A stretch of 63,269 nucleotides of DNA, counting the filler, from Perkinsus chesapeaki ATCC PRA-425 (Eukaryota; Protista; Perkinsozoa), in the NCBI GenBank assembly GCA_013115145.1. It is 6 parts of 6 records of this genome, joined end to end, with 100 filler letters (N's around TTAATTAATTAA, not from the genome) between each part and the next. Parts side by side here need not be neighbours in the genome. Positions count along the whole stretch, not along the records: positions 1 to 21,398 come from JAAPAO010000595.1; positions 21,499 to 25,356 come from JAAPAO010001349.1; positions 25,457 to 31,790 come from JAAPAO010001094.1; 3 more parts are not named here. One strand, 5' to 3'. The position numbers and the translations under genes were made by a program. Every line of letters begins with the position of its first letter. Within the stretch, counting starts at the first letter, position 1. Below the pieces are notes generated by a model, which was not told where the DNA came from, made no database searches, and saw nothing but the letters and a program-made list of their open reading frames with translations. Shown in pieces: positions 13,401-25,666 of the stretch.

Positions 13401-14645
13401 CTTCACCCTCTCTTACCCTTTCATCATCCTCCTCTTTCACCGTACCATCATCTCTAGCAGTTCCTATACTATATACTAATCCATTATAAGCTTACATATC
13501 CTACTCTCAATCCGTAGTGTGAATACTGCATGACTTCGACTACTATGAGCATTCATATTAGTAGCTCCGACCGCGCGCCGCTTAATACCATAATCCATTA
13601 GCCTTTGTACCTACCCATATCATCATCACTTCTAATCTATCACCAATATACCTCATCAAAATCCTGTACTGGACATTCTGACACCCCTGGCACTACTACA
13701 CCATATTTAGGATGCTCAAAGATCTGTAATGGATCCCCTCCACCAACACCACTCTTATCATCACCTACAGTACTACACTTCATCTACAACGGTCGCTTCT
13801 TGACAACAATCGATTATTATTGCTTAGGGTCGATACTGCACATAGTAGGCTTTATAGTTAGGCCTTGGTGGCGGCTCGGAATTGGCTCGCTTAATAAGAG
13901 CCCTTTCTATATAAGCAAAGGAATTGAGCTATAAGTTGAGAAATAAAACCATTGTCAAGAAGCTTGCGTGCATTAAACTGTGAAATAGTACTATTATATA
14001 TCCATACCAGCACTGAGCAAATCCTGTATCCTTTCATTATATATCTCTAAGTAGGATACCCATACCTTAGTCTCCCCTAATAAAATTAACACCACTCCCC
14101 TTCCTTTCCCTTATCTCTATACTACTACCAGTAATATCATGCTTCATACTCTCAAAAAGCCTTTCTATCATTCGAGGTATAACACCATCATAGCCATCCT
14201 GCCCCATCATTGTGTAAGTCTTACCAGATCCTGTTTGACCGTACCTATCACAAATCCCAAACCCACCATAGCCCTTCATACGCAAATAAACATCCATTAT
14301 ATCCTACTAATCCTTGTTTAAGTATCTCAGCTCCTATATCAGTATACCTAACACTACCCCTATCAACACCACCACTGCACCACCCCCTCTTACACCTGCT
14401 GCTGTGTTGCATAATCAGCATGCTCTTCATTAACCATACTATTATAGCAATAATCAAAGTCAAATGATCTTGGTTTATCCGACACTAAGGTGATCTTCTT
14501 GGCTGACAACAACCCTCCACAGTAGTGTCCACAAGTTGACTCCTTATCTACCTGTAATTTCTATCGCAGATTTTGTCTTACCCAGACCCTTCTCTCTGTT
14601 ATTGAATGGTCTAACTCTCACTGCTACCTTGATACGATCTCCCAT
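10404..14645 (-). CDS. Kinesin-3 family motor (N-terminal motor, FHA domain, coiled-coil tail), multi-exon
   Basis: [18 protein letters not shown]; GYNGCLFAY|[11 protein letters not shown]; [14 protein letters not shown]; LVDLSGSER; [31 protein letters not shown]; FHA exons ([13 protein letters not shown]; [15 protein letters not shown]). 3' end approximate (…HYMDNDD* at 10404). Confidence 0.9.
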
Positions 14646-14885
14646 TGTAATACCAATAACACTTTATTTAATATCAACTATACACATCACAATTTTCAAG
14701 GAGAAACGTGTACCAGTGAAGTGACTGTGAGCGGCATCCTTCACTGTTAAGTGGTATAAGTAGGATCTGCTGCTGCTGCTGGTGATGCTGGTGGAAGGAT
14801 TATGACCTATAAAGACACTTTTATGAGCCCTATCCCCATATACCCTTCCTACTACAGTCGTAATAATGTAACAGTGTAATGATTA

Positions 14886-16094
14886 TCATCGTCGATGTGA
14901 GGTTGATGTTCGAGTTGTTGCTGGTTTAACAAGCATAGGTTGCTTCTGTTGAGCTTCATCCTCGTATTCATATTCAACCTCCACACGTGGCACTGAAGTA
15001 CCATGATTATTACTATTAACCATACACCATTATTACCCTTCCGTAGTGGCCTGCCACCTGGACCATTCTTAGATGATGCTAATGCTGCTATTAACTCAGA
15101 CTGATCCTCTATATCACCACTATCAATCTATACAGTATTATAATTCACATTACTATCAACCCCAATAGTACCTCCTCCTCTCCTCCAGACTCTTCCTCAT
15201 CGGATGACTCATCATCACCATCACCTGCTGCTGCTATGAAATTACTTCTACCATCAGCCATCATGGCTTGTAGCTCATCTTCCTCCTCAATCTCATACCT
15301 GTTACATTGATACTACTACATAACAGAAATTATAATTAATACTCTTCATCCTCAGACTCACCACTTAGATGATCGGCCTCCTAAAAAGCATCCTGTATAT
15401 ACCATACCACTATCCCTATATTACCAATCCTTCTTCAAGTTCATCTTCCTCCTCTACATCCTTTTGTTTATAAAGGTCGCCATAAGTGCCCTTACGTAAA
15501 CGTGCCAATAAGGCAGTACCTGCTTAATACATCCCTTTATTATAATATATTATTACCAATAGATTCCTCAACTTTAGCAGCTCTAAGAGCATGTGCTTCC
15601 CTATTCCTTTCCCTCTTCTCAGTCTTCTTCTTTACCACACTTATCTCCTTTTTCTCATCCCTCAATTCCAATTTCCTAGCCCTTATCAAAGTCTGCCTTA
15701 ACCGTGTTAACCTCTGTTTGCATCTATTTATCATATGGCCTGGCCAGTATTCCAGAGCCTTGTCTATCTGCTGCAACGCCTCTGCATAATTCTTGCTGAG
15801 CTTGACCTTTTCCCAAAGATTCTTGGGACTATGAGCACGTTCAACGGTTTTGATGTACAAATAACAAACCCCTTCATCTTCAATAACAGTAGCATAGTTA
15901 CTATTAGCTAAAGGGCAAGTCACTTTACTACACATACCAGTGACATTATACCTATATAATAATATATAAAAGAGCGGTATATAGTATTACTTATTGGTAC
16001 AAAACACCTGCGGAGGATCTTTCCGTTTAACCTTGAAGCTACAAAAGCCTTTTCCAGGGCCTATGCAGCTCCATATGGTCTCATCGTTCTGCAT
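14886..16094 (-). CDS. MAK16: Ribosome biogenesis protein MAK16, multi-exon
   Basis: MQNDETIWSCIGPGKGFCSFK; CSKVTCPLANSNYATV; YLYIKTVERAHSPKNLWEKVKLSKNY; KQRLTRLRQTLIR; LRKGTYGDLY; acidic region; C-terminal PRVEVEYEYEDE. Confidence 0.95.
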
Positions 16095-16212
16095 TAGGAG
16101 GAGGAGGAAACGAGTAAGAGAACTACTATACAAATAGAATTACGTCACCCCACTCATTTTAACTCGGCGGTGAAGGGGGAGCGTTAGGAAATAGCAAGAA
16201 AGCAAGATTCTT

Positions 16213-17793
16213 ATGAACATCTCTCCCTTACTTCGTTGCTGCTGGAAGGTTGTTGTTGTTGATATGCCTCTTAGGAGGAATAATGGTAGTAGAAGGTCTC
16301 CGCCTCCTACCATAGAGGAAGAGACATTTAATACTAGTGACTATATCAGTGATAGTAGTAGTAAAGGGGCGAGTTACGCTGCAAATGATACTATACCTAG
16401 AGATTTACAAGCAGCAAGAGAGGCATATGCATTAGGGGACTCTGAACTGTAATAATAAGACGTCATCGAATTTAACCTCAAAATATCTTTTAGATCTCGA
16501 TTAGCCCATCAAACACGGGAATTAGCTGAGCTGGCTTCTGGTGAGACAAGTCAACTTGTTAGTGTTGGTGATGATGATGTTATCAAAGCTCATGCCCTAT
16601 CTGGTAATATATAATATTCTATACTATATAACCTTATTATAGGTTTTATAGGGGGTAGTTTAATAACATCCTTCTTAATGGCTGCATTTAGCCCTTTTAT
16701 CCGTTCTATAATTGGTTATAATAATACCTTAATAACGGTATTATACATATTATCATTACTATGTGCTGCATTAGCAACAGGTAATCAAATGTGGATGAAA
16801 GAAAAGGTACCATAAAGGGTGTACTCTAAATCCATATATAACATATATCAGGCGGCTTTAGAATATTCTGATTATGAAAGGGCCCGTGAGCTTTGGGAAG
16901 TTGATAATTTTCCAGAAGGTGAAGTACAGGAAATGATGTATATATATCGTAATGCTGGTCTATCTGATGATGATGCTAACACCGTAGCGCATATATTATC
17001 GAAGTAATTATAAGCTTTATTAAATGCCAACACACTTAATATAGGTATCCCGAGTTTTGGGTCGATCATATGCTGCTTCACGAGGTTGGTTTATTACCAT
17101 CTAGATTGGACCAACAGACTCGACTCAGGACTCCTAGGTAAGATTTTTTGATTAATATCACAGTATTACTGTCTGTATCAGATATGTAACCAATATCGTA
17201 TCTTACGTTGTTCTTGCTGGATTCCTACCATGTCTATTAATTATACGTGGATTTGCACCTTGGGTGGTATGGTTATTCAGCGAGATACAGCTTATTGGTG
17301 GCTTATTGGTTAGGAGCCGTAATAAAGTGGAGAAAGGGCAAAAGATGCAAACACAGGTCATAATACGGGCAAAACTTGGTGATTGGTTGAAATAAAATCA
17401 ACGCATGCTAGGAGTGCGCAGGTTGTCATTACAGAGCTAGTAGACATTTGTCATGTGATCCATGGAAATATACCGAGTTTTCAATAACTTAATAATATCT
17501 GGTACAGTATTCACGTAAAGATGGCTTATAACTGAACCGGGCTTGTTGTAAATAACCATGATTAGGATAAGAACACTGCTATCGTGAAAGCCTGTATGTT
17601 GAAGAAGTCAATATATTATATATCGATATAGCATTATCATTATTATTAGGTTCGTGTGTTTCTACATTCTATTGTTGGTAGTTTAATAATAATGTTACTT
17701 GCTACCATTCTGGGATACATCACAACAAAGCCCCTACGTAACCTATTTGGAAGCACGAGAGGGTATTCCACAGCGGCATACATCACCATCTAA
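16213..17793 (+). CDS. VIT1/CCC1-family vacuolar iron/manganese transporter-like protein, multi-exon
   Basis: AAREAY...SRLAHQ; [48 protein letters not shown]|[13 protein letters not shown] is the typical VIT cytoplasmic metal-binding region; flanking TM exons; stop TAA 17793. Confidence 0.8.
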
Positions 17794-17919
17794 GAATAGA
17801 TTTTTCAATGACGTCCTTCTAGCTCATCTTGGCCCATGTAGATTGGCAGTAACGAGAATGCTGCTGATTATTGCTACATTATTACTCCTCCCTAGTGGGT
17901 TTTCCTTAATTTTCTGAAG

Positions 17920-19015
17920 ATGTTGAGTGCAGTATTTTATAATGTATAGTAGTATTTGGGTAATATGGTCCAACTTAACTCATCGAAAAGGATATTAATA
18001 CGGCATTTGGTAGTAAGGGACAGGATGTGTGTGATTATATAGTATTATTCAGCGACCCGATGTGTCGAAGGATAACCTTCATAGAGCTTTCAGACGTTAT
18101 GGTGATATTAAGGAAGTTTACGTACCAACCGATCCATCCAATGGACAGGGCAGAGGGTAGTAATAATTGTATAGTGGATATTTATATGGTTATCAGGTTT
18201 GCTTTTGTGGAGTATGTCAGACAGGAGTCAGCAGAGGATGCAATGTCAGAGATGAATAATCAACAGTTTGAGAATTCTGTCATACAATTAGTCTTCGTGG
18301 AGCCTAAAGACAAACATGACAGGTAATATATTAATGGTTATAATGAAAGCAACAGCAGCAGCAGCAGGGGCCGAGAAGCTGACCGAGATCGCGGTAGAGG
18401 CCATAGTCATCAAGGATTATCGTACCAGCAACCTCCTCCACCTCCACCTCCACGTAGGTGAGATGGAGAATATTTAGTATTATATTTATAATAGATATTA
18501 TGGGTAATGTTGGATCTACCTTTACTATTACTGCACCAGCGACTAATCCATCTTCTGATAGTTCTAGGTAGTACTACTGAGTGTCGTTGACACTCTTTGA
18601 GTGGTTTTGTAGGTATAATACAACTGCTGGGGATTTTATAATAGATGCAGCGGGGAGGTTGACTAGAAGGCTCCCAGTGAATGGTGGATCAACTGAAATG
18701 GATCGTAGTCGTAGTAGAAGGTAATATCGCGGCGGCGGCCTATATACACTATTATTACATCTATAACAGTCCAACTGCCGCTGGTGCTGGTACGGGATTG
18801 CTGACAGCAGGTGCTGCTAACAACAAGAAGGTACGAGGATTGTTATAATTATTGTTATCATCTACACAACATAATATTAGGATGATAATGCTGCTGCAGC
18901 AGCAGCAGGCGGTGGTGTCCCACCAATAGGGTCAGCCACGTATAGGCCACCAGCTTGTATAGCGCAGGAGTGCCCACTGCATCCAGCACTGGTGGTTGAT
19001 TACAGCAAGATATAG
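17920..19015 (+). CDS. RRM-containing, SR-like low-complexity RNA-binding protein, multi-exon
   Basis: RNP1-like FAFVEY followed by RQESAEDAMSEMNNQQFENSVIQLVF; downstream exons RGREADRDRGRG, PPPPPR, DRSRSR. Start uncertain. Confidence 0.6.
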
Positions 19016-19075
19016 TAGTTGGCTCGATATAGTTGGTGTTGCGTTAGTTGTTGTGATAGTACATGCCTCCACAGT

Positions 19076-21398
19076 ATGGCTTCATTATTAGCTAATCGTA
19101 TAAGAACATCTAAAGCAGCATCATACGCATTAAGTGATAAAATTAAGAAGGCAAATGATATAAAATATCTACATAGGATAGTAAAGAATAAATTGGTATA
19201 AAGTAATGAGTATCATAAAATATAATGTTCATGCTCAGGTAGATGGTAATGGTTATATGTCTTGTACAGCATCAGCTGGCACCCTATTAACCCCTACGAA
19301 TCTACTTGATTATACTGTTAGACTGAGTTATATTTTAACCAATACATCACATCCTACTATTACTGAGACAGATGAGCATTTTGCTAGTAGTTAATATGAT
19401 AATAGTAGATAGTATAGTGTTTATCAGATACAGTGATATCCGGGATAATACCAGATACACTTACACCTCATCAGCTGGCCTACTACTTGTCCACAGCAGT
19501 CCGACTGAGATCCATAACAGCTATCAACTTATCGTCTTTACCATTACCATCATTCATTACGGTATCATCTATTCTACACAGTACTGTATCATTACGTATA
19601 ACCGCTGAGCTCATAGCAGGATCGCTGCGTTCTGGGGTGATATCACCGCAAGAGCTGTCGTATTGTGATGAAGTCCTCAACATAATTGAATGCCGGTTGA
19701 GACAGCTGCTTACTAATGAAATGTGGTAATGCCACATGACAGTGTTTATATATTATTTACCTAGTTACCGAACCCTATCATCATTATTATGGAGTACGGC
19801 GCGATTGGTGAATCATCAGCCGGCACCTATGTCGACTAAGTCAACAGTTGACGATATATTTCACCATTCAACTAGGTTGTTAGAATATCCAGCATCTACT
19901 ACTATGTTGAATCTTCGTGATGCCTCTGAGATCCTGTGGGCCTATGCCACATCAGATGTGGAGGAGGCCTTGGCCCTGCGTGCTTTGACTGCAATAGATG
20001 GCCTTCTGCTAGGTGACTGGTATCACAGTCTGACCAATGAGAAGGTTGGTAACATATGTCTGCTAATGTGGTCGATATCTAAGATATCATCTTCATACGA
20101 CCCCATCGTTAACCGCATTTATGACGAGTGTGAGCAAGTACTATCGAGACATCTTCTTGAGGCACCCTTCATCCCACCGGAGTCAATGACTATGATAGCA
20201 TCGTCAGCTATAAGGCTACAACGCAGAGCAGTACTGTGGCCACCAACTCTATCAATACTACAGTTAATGTCACCTACTCAATTAGCTGCTATTGTTAGAT
20301 CATCTGCGGTGCTAGGTTGGGATAGTGTGTTTCATACTGTTGTGGTGGATTGTATCGAAAGAGAGTCGTTAGAAGGTGGCATTGAATTGATATCATCACT
20401 CAGTCAAGTATCAGCTGCCTATAATACTCTTTGTGTTGTTTTGGACTTGTCCAAGTATCATTTTACATCAGCGCCAAGTGACACTATTATACAGTTAATA
20501 TCATCAATAGTAAGGAGTGGCCTAACTAAGCCATACTTGTATATTATACAACAATCGATAGATGTCATCATACCGTATCGTGTTGACCAGCTCTCGATGA
20601 CTTGTATACTGGATATGCTAAGATGCTTAACCAAGTTGACTGGGCTCTACTTGTCACCACATCTTCTTCAATCATTACAGTCATTAATCAATATCTTCAT
20701 TTCTGAGCCTATAACTCATCGTATTATCCTTATTAAAGCCACAGCATCACTGTATCCCTCCATGGCCACAAATGCCCTTAACAGACTATCAATTATACCC
20801 TCCGATAGACCAGTATTGTTTTCGGCTCTCTGCGCTGGTATGGGTTACCGAGCCATCCCCCCTCCCGAGCTTCCTCAACTGGCCCTACAGGCCTCGGAAG
20901 TTGTGTCCGAATTAAGTGGTGTTGGCCTTGCTGCAATGACTAAGTTGTTCGCCAAGCACAAGGTGCGTGTACCCGCCCTTATATCATCACTGCAGCTATC
21001 AGCTCCGGTGGCAGATGGTTATGATGACACTGCACGTTGCTTGATGATAGTATATCTTCAACGTCTGGGGTGCCTAAGTGATGGTGTAGTTAAAAGCATT
21101 CTGGATGATGTTACCAGCATGGATGGCATAGGCCTAGAAGAGCTTGTCCTGATGGTTTGTGCTATTGGAGATGAATTCGATCATCTTGCCTCGGTTCAAT
21201 ACGCCAAGGCTGCTATGTATAAATCACTTAATGAACTTGGAGAATGTGTGAAAGACCGTCGGCAATATGATGGTCTCAAACGATTAGACCCTGAGTTAAT
21301 GTCTAAGATGCTCACGCAGTTAGCTCCTGGAGGGATTCTATCTCAGAATCGGAGTTCCGGGCTCCAACCACAGTACTTCTCTTCCCACTTCCCTTACT
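19076..21398 (+). CDS. Alpha-helical repeat protein (OPR/HPR/FASTK-like repeats), runs into gap
   Basis: 572-aa open exon plus short upstream exons; repeat-like segments TPHQLAYYLSTAVRL, ASEILWAYAT, ICLLMWSISKI, SPTQLAAIVRSSAVLG, PQELS. Confidence 0.5.
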
Positions 21399-21498
21399 NN
21401 NNNNNNNNNNNNNNNNNNNNNNNNNNNNNNNNNNNNNNNNNNTTAATTAATTAANNNNNNNNNNNNNNNNNNNNNNNNNNNNNNNNNNNNNNNNNNNN
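21399..21498. other. Assembly gap with artificial all-frame-stop linker
   Basis: 44 N + TTAATTAATTAA + 44 N. Confidence 0.99.
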
Positions 21499-21975
21499 AT
21501 GGTGTGTGGCAAAAAGTCGGAGGTCAACTCTCTTGCTATGTTCAAGTACCTACTGAAGGTCATTCAGCTCGTTGAAAAACGGAACGTTCAAGCAGGTGTA
21601 ATTTATGACCATAAATATCGAGGTTCCTTAATAGGATATCACCAACAAGGTCACTCCATTGCTGACGTTTTGGAAAATGACTTAGACCCGTCTATGTACA
21701 TTTCTGCACAGTTCGGTGGTTTGGAGGATACTGATCAGGTCTTCGGTAGCAATGAGAGTAACCTAATAGAGACTCGAAGAGGAAACACTCCGAGCGTGGT
21801 GCATGCATATTCTTCCAAAATGGAACTTGCAATAGAGGGGACAAATGTCCCTATAAACATGTCTTGATAAAAGAGGCAAAGAAGGGGCGTTCCTTTTATG
21901 ACATCGATGTCAAGAGCCACTCCTCTGAAGCTCGCAAGTCAGAGTCAAAAAAACTAGATTCGGCCCCTAAAGCCG

Positions 21976-24081
21976 ATGAGCGAGGGCTCTGAATCGGCCA
22001 CTAAAGGGGCCCCTTTATCTCATTCTAATCTTGTATCTGAGTTCGTAAATCATGCTTTAAATGCACTATCTGAATCGGTGGATGAGAGTCTTAATAAATT
22101 TACATCTGGTGCTGGTCTTGCATCCCCCAAGCCATGGGACAAGGTTTGTCCTATCAATATTGATAAAGCTAGCGAGCTTTTCCGAGTCCTTCAATCAACC
22201 ATTTCTGAGACTGGTCTAGATTCATTCCTAAACGATTGTATCTCGTCAAATTTCCCTGCGGAGAGGGAGAACCAATTCAATGAAATCATTGAATCTGCCA
22301 CGCAAAGCGTTCTAAATCCTGTCTGTTCTATTTTGGGAGCTCGGGCAGATACCTCTGAAGTAGGGTCACTCCTGAGGCCATCCGTTATTGCTTCACTTCT
22401 CTCTCTATGCGGTGAGGATTTTCAAGAAGAGTCTGAAATCCTCGAACAACAGATCAATGAAGGTTGTTCCTTGGGTCAGTACGAGCCGATTCCCCCATCA
22501 ACACATTGGCCTGAGGCGAAGCCTCGTCGCGTTAAGGAGGTGGAACTGTTGCTTGATAATTATGGTTCAGCTGTGGAAAACTGCCACTTCCTAGAGGAAA
22601 TCCTCCTGGAAGAGGTGAATTTGGGCCGAATGAAGGTTTTTGGTTTTGCAAGCGAGTTTAGGGGTGTCGTCACGCCCGTAGCTTTGATTCCCAAGGGAAG
22701 TTGCCCACCAGAGAAAGCTCGCCAAAGGGCGAAGCATTTTAGGGTAATCGAAGACTATAAGAGGAGTCATATAAATCAAAAAGCCTCTAACTTTTCGCAG
22801 ACATTATCTTTACCTAAGTACTCGGATATCCAAATGCTTATCCAAACACTATTGAAGAAGGGTTACGAACAAGGGAAACCTTTGAAGGCCTTCACCCTTG
22901 ATGTGAAAAGTGCATTCAGGGCAGTAGGTATCAGCCCGAAGGAGGCGCCCAGTCTTAATATACGATGTGGAGACAAGGTTTTCAGGCATTTACGCCTTGC
23001 CTTTGGCCATCGCAACTCCCCATTTTGCTTCTCCCGCATTGCGGGTGCCGTCCATAGGGCTATAGTCTCTTTGCTCCACACTTGGTCCTTGTCATCGTAC
23101 TTGGACCTAACAAGTGGCCTCCTGTATGTGGATGATATGTTGTACATATCAACGGAACGTTCTATATTGCTTTCTATGGCTTTAACTATGCTAATCTGGA
23201 GGCTTTGTGGTTTTACTCTGGCTTATGAAAAGATTCAGGTTGGCCACACTAACAAATTTTTAGGCTTCCAAGTAACATTCTCATGTGATAAACCCCAAGC
23301 TGCTCTCACGGTTCCTCACTCTAAAATCACTGAGCTCTTGAAGCTTACCCACCAAATCTTGTCCAAAGGGCAAATAACACCTAAAAGGTTATCGAAGCTA
23401 ACAGGGAAACTAGTCTGGGCTCTGCAGTGCTATCCGTTATTAAAACCATACCTTGGATCGTGCTTTCAATGTATTGCTATGCTTGAACGCAAGCACTTGA
23501 TGTCTGCCAGGCTTCCTCGTATGCTTCGGGAAGACCTCCGGTTTATTGAGAAGTTTTTCAGAGTGACTACGCCAGAGAGCCTTTACTTCGAAATACCAGT
23601 CGAGCCTACCTACCCGGAGTCTGTGCGACTGGTTGGTTGCGACGCCTCCTTGCACTCTTTAGCAGGATATGTCTATTGTTGTAAAACTTGGCGTTATTGG
23701 CGTTGTGAAGTGGCAAAGCTACCTTCCAAGCTCAAAAAGGAAATAATGAAGGCAAAGTCCAACACTAGTCATTCAGACATTTGCGCGCTAGAACTTTTAG
23801 CTTGTCTAGCGAGCTTGTACCTACTAACGGATATGAAGGGCCACTTTCACGCCAAATCTATTAACTCTCCTATTATTGTCCAATCAGACAACGATGGGGC
23901 AGTCAAGATCATCCGAAGTATGTTCAGCCGTAAGCCTCCTTTAAAGTGGCTCTTGAGGCATGCAGCCCACTTCTTGCCACCACTAGCGCCATACTTATCG
24001 GTACACCACATAAGTGGGTCTAGAAATATCCTAGCTGATCGTCTCTCTAGAGGCCACGTTGATAAATTCACGAATGATTGA
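21976..24081 (+). CDS. Reverse transcriptase-RNase H polyprotein of YR retrotransposon (intact, 701 aa)
   Basis: RT: FRVIEDYKRSHIN, TLDVKSAFRAV, LAFGHRNSP, LYVDDM, FLGF. RNaseH: CDAS, ICALELLA, QSDN, HISGSRNILADRLSR. Confidence 0.93.
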   Translation: MSEGSESATKGAPLSHSNLVSEFVNHALNALSESVDESLNKFTSGAGLASPKPWDKVCPINIDKASELFRVLQSTISETGLDSFLNDCISSNFPAERENQFNEIIESATQSVLNPVCSILGARADTSEVGSLLRPSVIASLLSLCGEDFQEESEILEQQINEGCSLGQYEPIPPSTHWPEAKPRRVKEVELLLDNYGSAVENCHFLEEILLEEVNLGRMKVFGFASEFRGVVTPVALIPKGSCPPEKARQRAKHFRVIEDYKRSHINQKASNFSQTLSLPKYSDIQMLIQTLLKKGYEQGKPLKAFTLDVKSAFRAVGISPKEAPSLNIRCGDKVFRHLRLAFGHRNSPFCFSRIAGAVHRAIVSLLHTWSLSSYLDLTSGLLYVDDMLYISTERSILLSMALTMLIWRLCGFTLAYEKIQVGHTNKFLGFQVTFSCDKPQAALTVPHSKITELLKLTHQILSKGQITPKRLSKLTGKLVWALQCYPLLKPYLGSCFQCIAMLERKHLMSARLPRMLREDLRFIEKFFRVTTPESLYFEIPVEPTYPESVRLVGCDASLHSLAGYVYCCKTWRYWRCEVAKLPSKLKKEIMKAKSNTSHSDICALELLACLASLYLLTDMKGHFHAKSINSPIIVQSDNDGAVKIIRSMFSRKPPLKWLLRHAAHFLPPLAPYLSVHHISGSRNILADRLSRGHVDKFTND

Positions 24082-24104
24082 TCAGAGGTTCCCCCGCCTT
24101 TTGA

Positions 24105-25222
24105 ATGGCTAGGCCTCGCTTGAGCTGCTACAGTCAATTCAATTCTAATACTTCTCTTCTTTTAGGCCTGTTGTGTGAGTCTCCTCGCAAGCGCAAAAGC
24201 GCTAAAGTATTACAACATGTGAAGCCGACGGCCAAAGCCCTCGCGGAATTTCTCGACCGGTCTCTTGCCGTCAGTACTCGGGCTAATTATAAGAGTATCA
24301 CGTCGATTTACGAGAAGTTCGTCTCACCTGAACCTGCATTTCCGCTCAGGATTGAGCATTTGCAGAAGTTTATCTGCACTATGACAAAAACGACTGACGG
24401 AAAGCAGGATTATAAATACTCTTCAATTAAGACCTACATCAAAGCTTTGAGGTCTCGTAATGCTTCCTCTGGCTTCTCCCTTGACGGCTCTGCTGAACAT
24501 GGGCTGAAAGCTGCTCTACGTTCCGCAAAGCGAGCCATCGGCCCTGAAGCCGAGGACAGAAAGATCCCTTTGAGTCTTCACGAAGTGAAAGGACTAAGCT
24601 CCTTAGGCATGGTTCCTGGTTTAAAGACAGATCTTAGATCTCTGCAAGTTGCCAGCTTGTGTGCCATTTTCGGACTATTCCGCGCTCGTGAGACGCTGAA
24701 ACTGCTCAGAGGAGACATTGATGTGAGACCCGACATGGTCATCATCACTATCCGGCAGTCAAAGACTGATCAATGGCAGTGGGGCGCAGCATAAAAATTG
24801 GCTGTGCGGGCTGTATCCCATCTTTGCCACCGCTACCATATTGTGCATTCCACCGCCTTGCTAATTGGATAGCCACTAATCTATTTAGGGATCATGATCT
24901 ACTCTTTCCAAATCTAAGCTACTCTGACTGGTTGGAAGGTTTAAAGATCGCTTTGCAATTCCTCAAAGGGTCTGCCAATCCTGATCAGTGGGGTACGCAT
25001 TCCCTCCGGAGAACCGGAGCTTGCCTTCTTTGGCGAGCAGGATATAACGACCTCTTCATTGAGCAATACGGTCGATGGACCTCCGACTGCTATAAACGGT
25101 ACTTGGACAATGTCACTGAGGAGTACACCCATTTATATGCTGCCAGTATGGTCAGCGAAGAATCACCAAGGGTGATTAAAGGGCCGCAATGGTGCTGGGT
25201 CCCGTCTACCACTTCAATATAA
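24105..25222 (+). pseudogene. Tyrosine recombinase with one frameshift near 24775
   Basis: FGLFRARE (R), SKTDQ (K), THSLRRTGA (HxxR), GRWTSDCYKRY (W, Y); split across ORFs 24105-24794 and 24773-25222, rejoined by adding one base. Confidence 0.9.
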
Positions 25223-25356
25223 AAAAATGCTAGGCGAAGCCTAGGTTTCGTCTTGGGGAGTGGGGCCACGTTCCTTCACCGGAGTTGGAGTGTGCCTGAA
25301 ACTGCTAACTTTACACTGGCGACCAGTCAAGCTGGTTTAGTTCAGTGACTGTTTGC

Positions 25357-25456
25357 NNNNNNNNNNNNNNNNNNNNNNNNNNNNNNNNNNNNNNNNNNNN
25401 TTAATTAATTAANNNNNNNNNNNNNNNNNNNNNNNNNNNNNNNNNNNNNNNNNNNN
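25357..25456. other. Assembly gap with artificial linker
   Basis: N run with TTAATTAATTAA at 25401-25412. Confidence 0.99.
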
Positions 25457-25666
25457 CACTAAACTCGTTCCCGTTGTGAAGTAATGATATTATTTCAAAA
25501 TATTCTAAGTTTATTTGGAGGACTGTAGCCGCTATAAACACCAACAGGCTCGAAATCATATCTAACACCCCAGGTACTAGTTTTCATGTAGCAACCCAAT
25601 AAGAGGTCTCTAATGTGGATAATAAGTTGAGTTATTATGGATATGGGGATATAAGCCACTAGCCTA

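Larger units (their letters stand above)
21499..25356 (+). mobile_element. Tyrosine-recombinase (DIRS-order, Ngaro-like) retrotransposon, copy 1; both ends lost in gaps
   Basis: Order: ORF1 remnant (21499-21867), RT-RNaseH (21976-24081), YR (24105-25222). No methyltransferase domain between RNaseH and YR. Confidence 0.9.

Noticed and set aside
21443-21454. TTAATTAATTAA repeated five times in the window, and ORFs ending '...XXXLIN'
   Set aside because: Always centred in a 100-nt N gap: an assembly linker, not biology.
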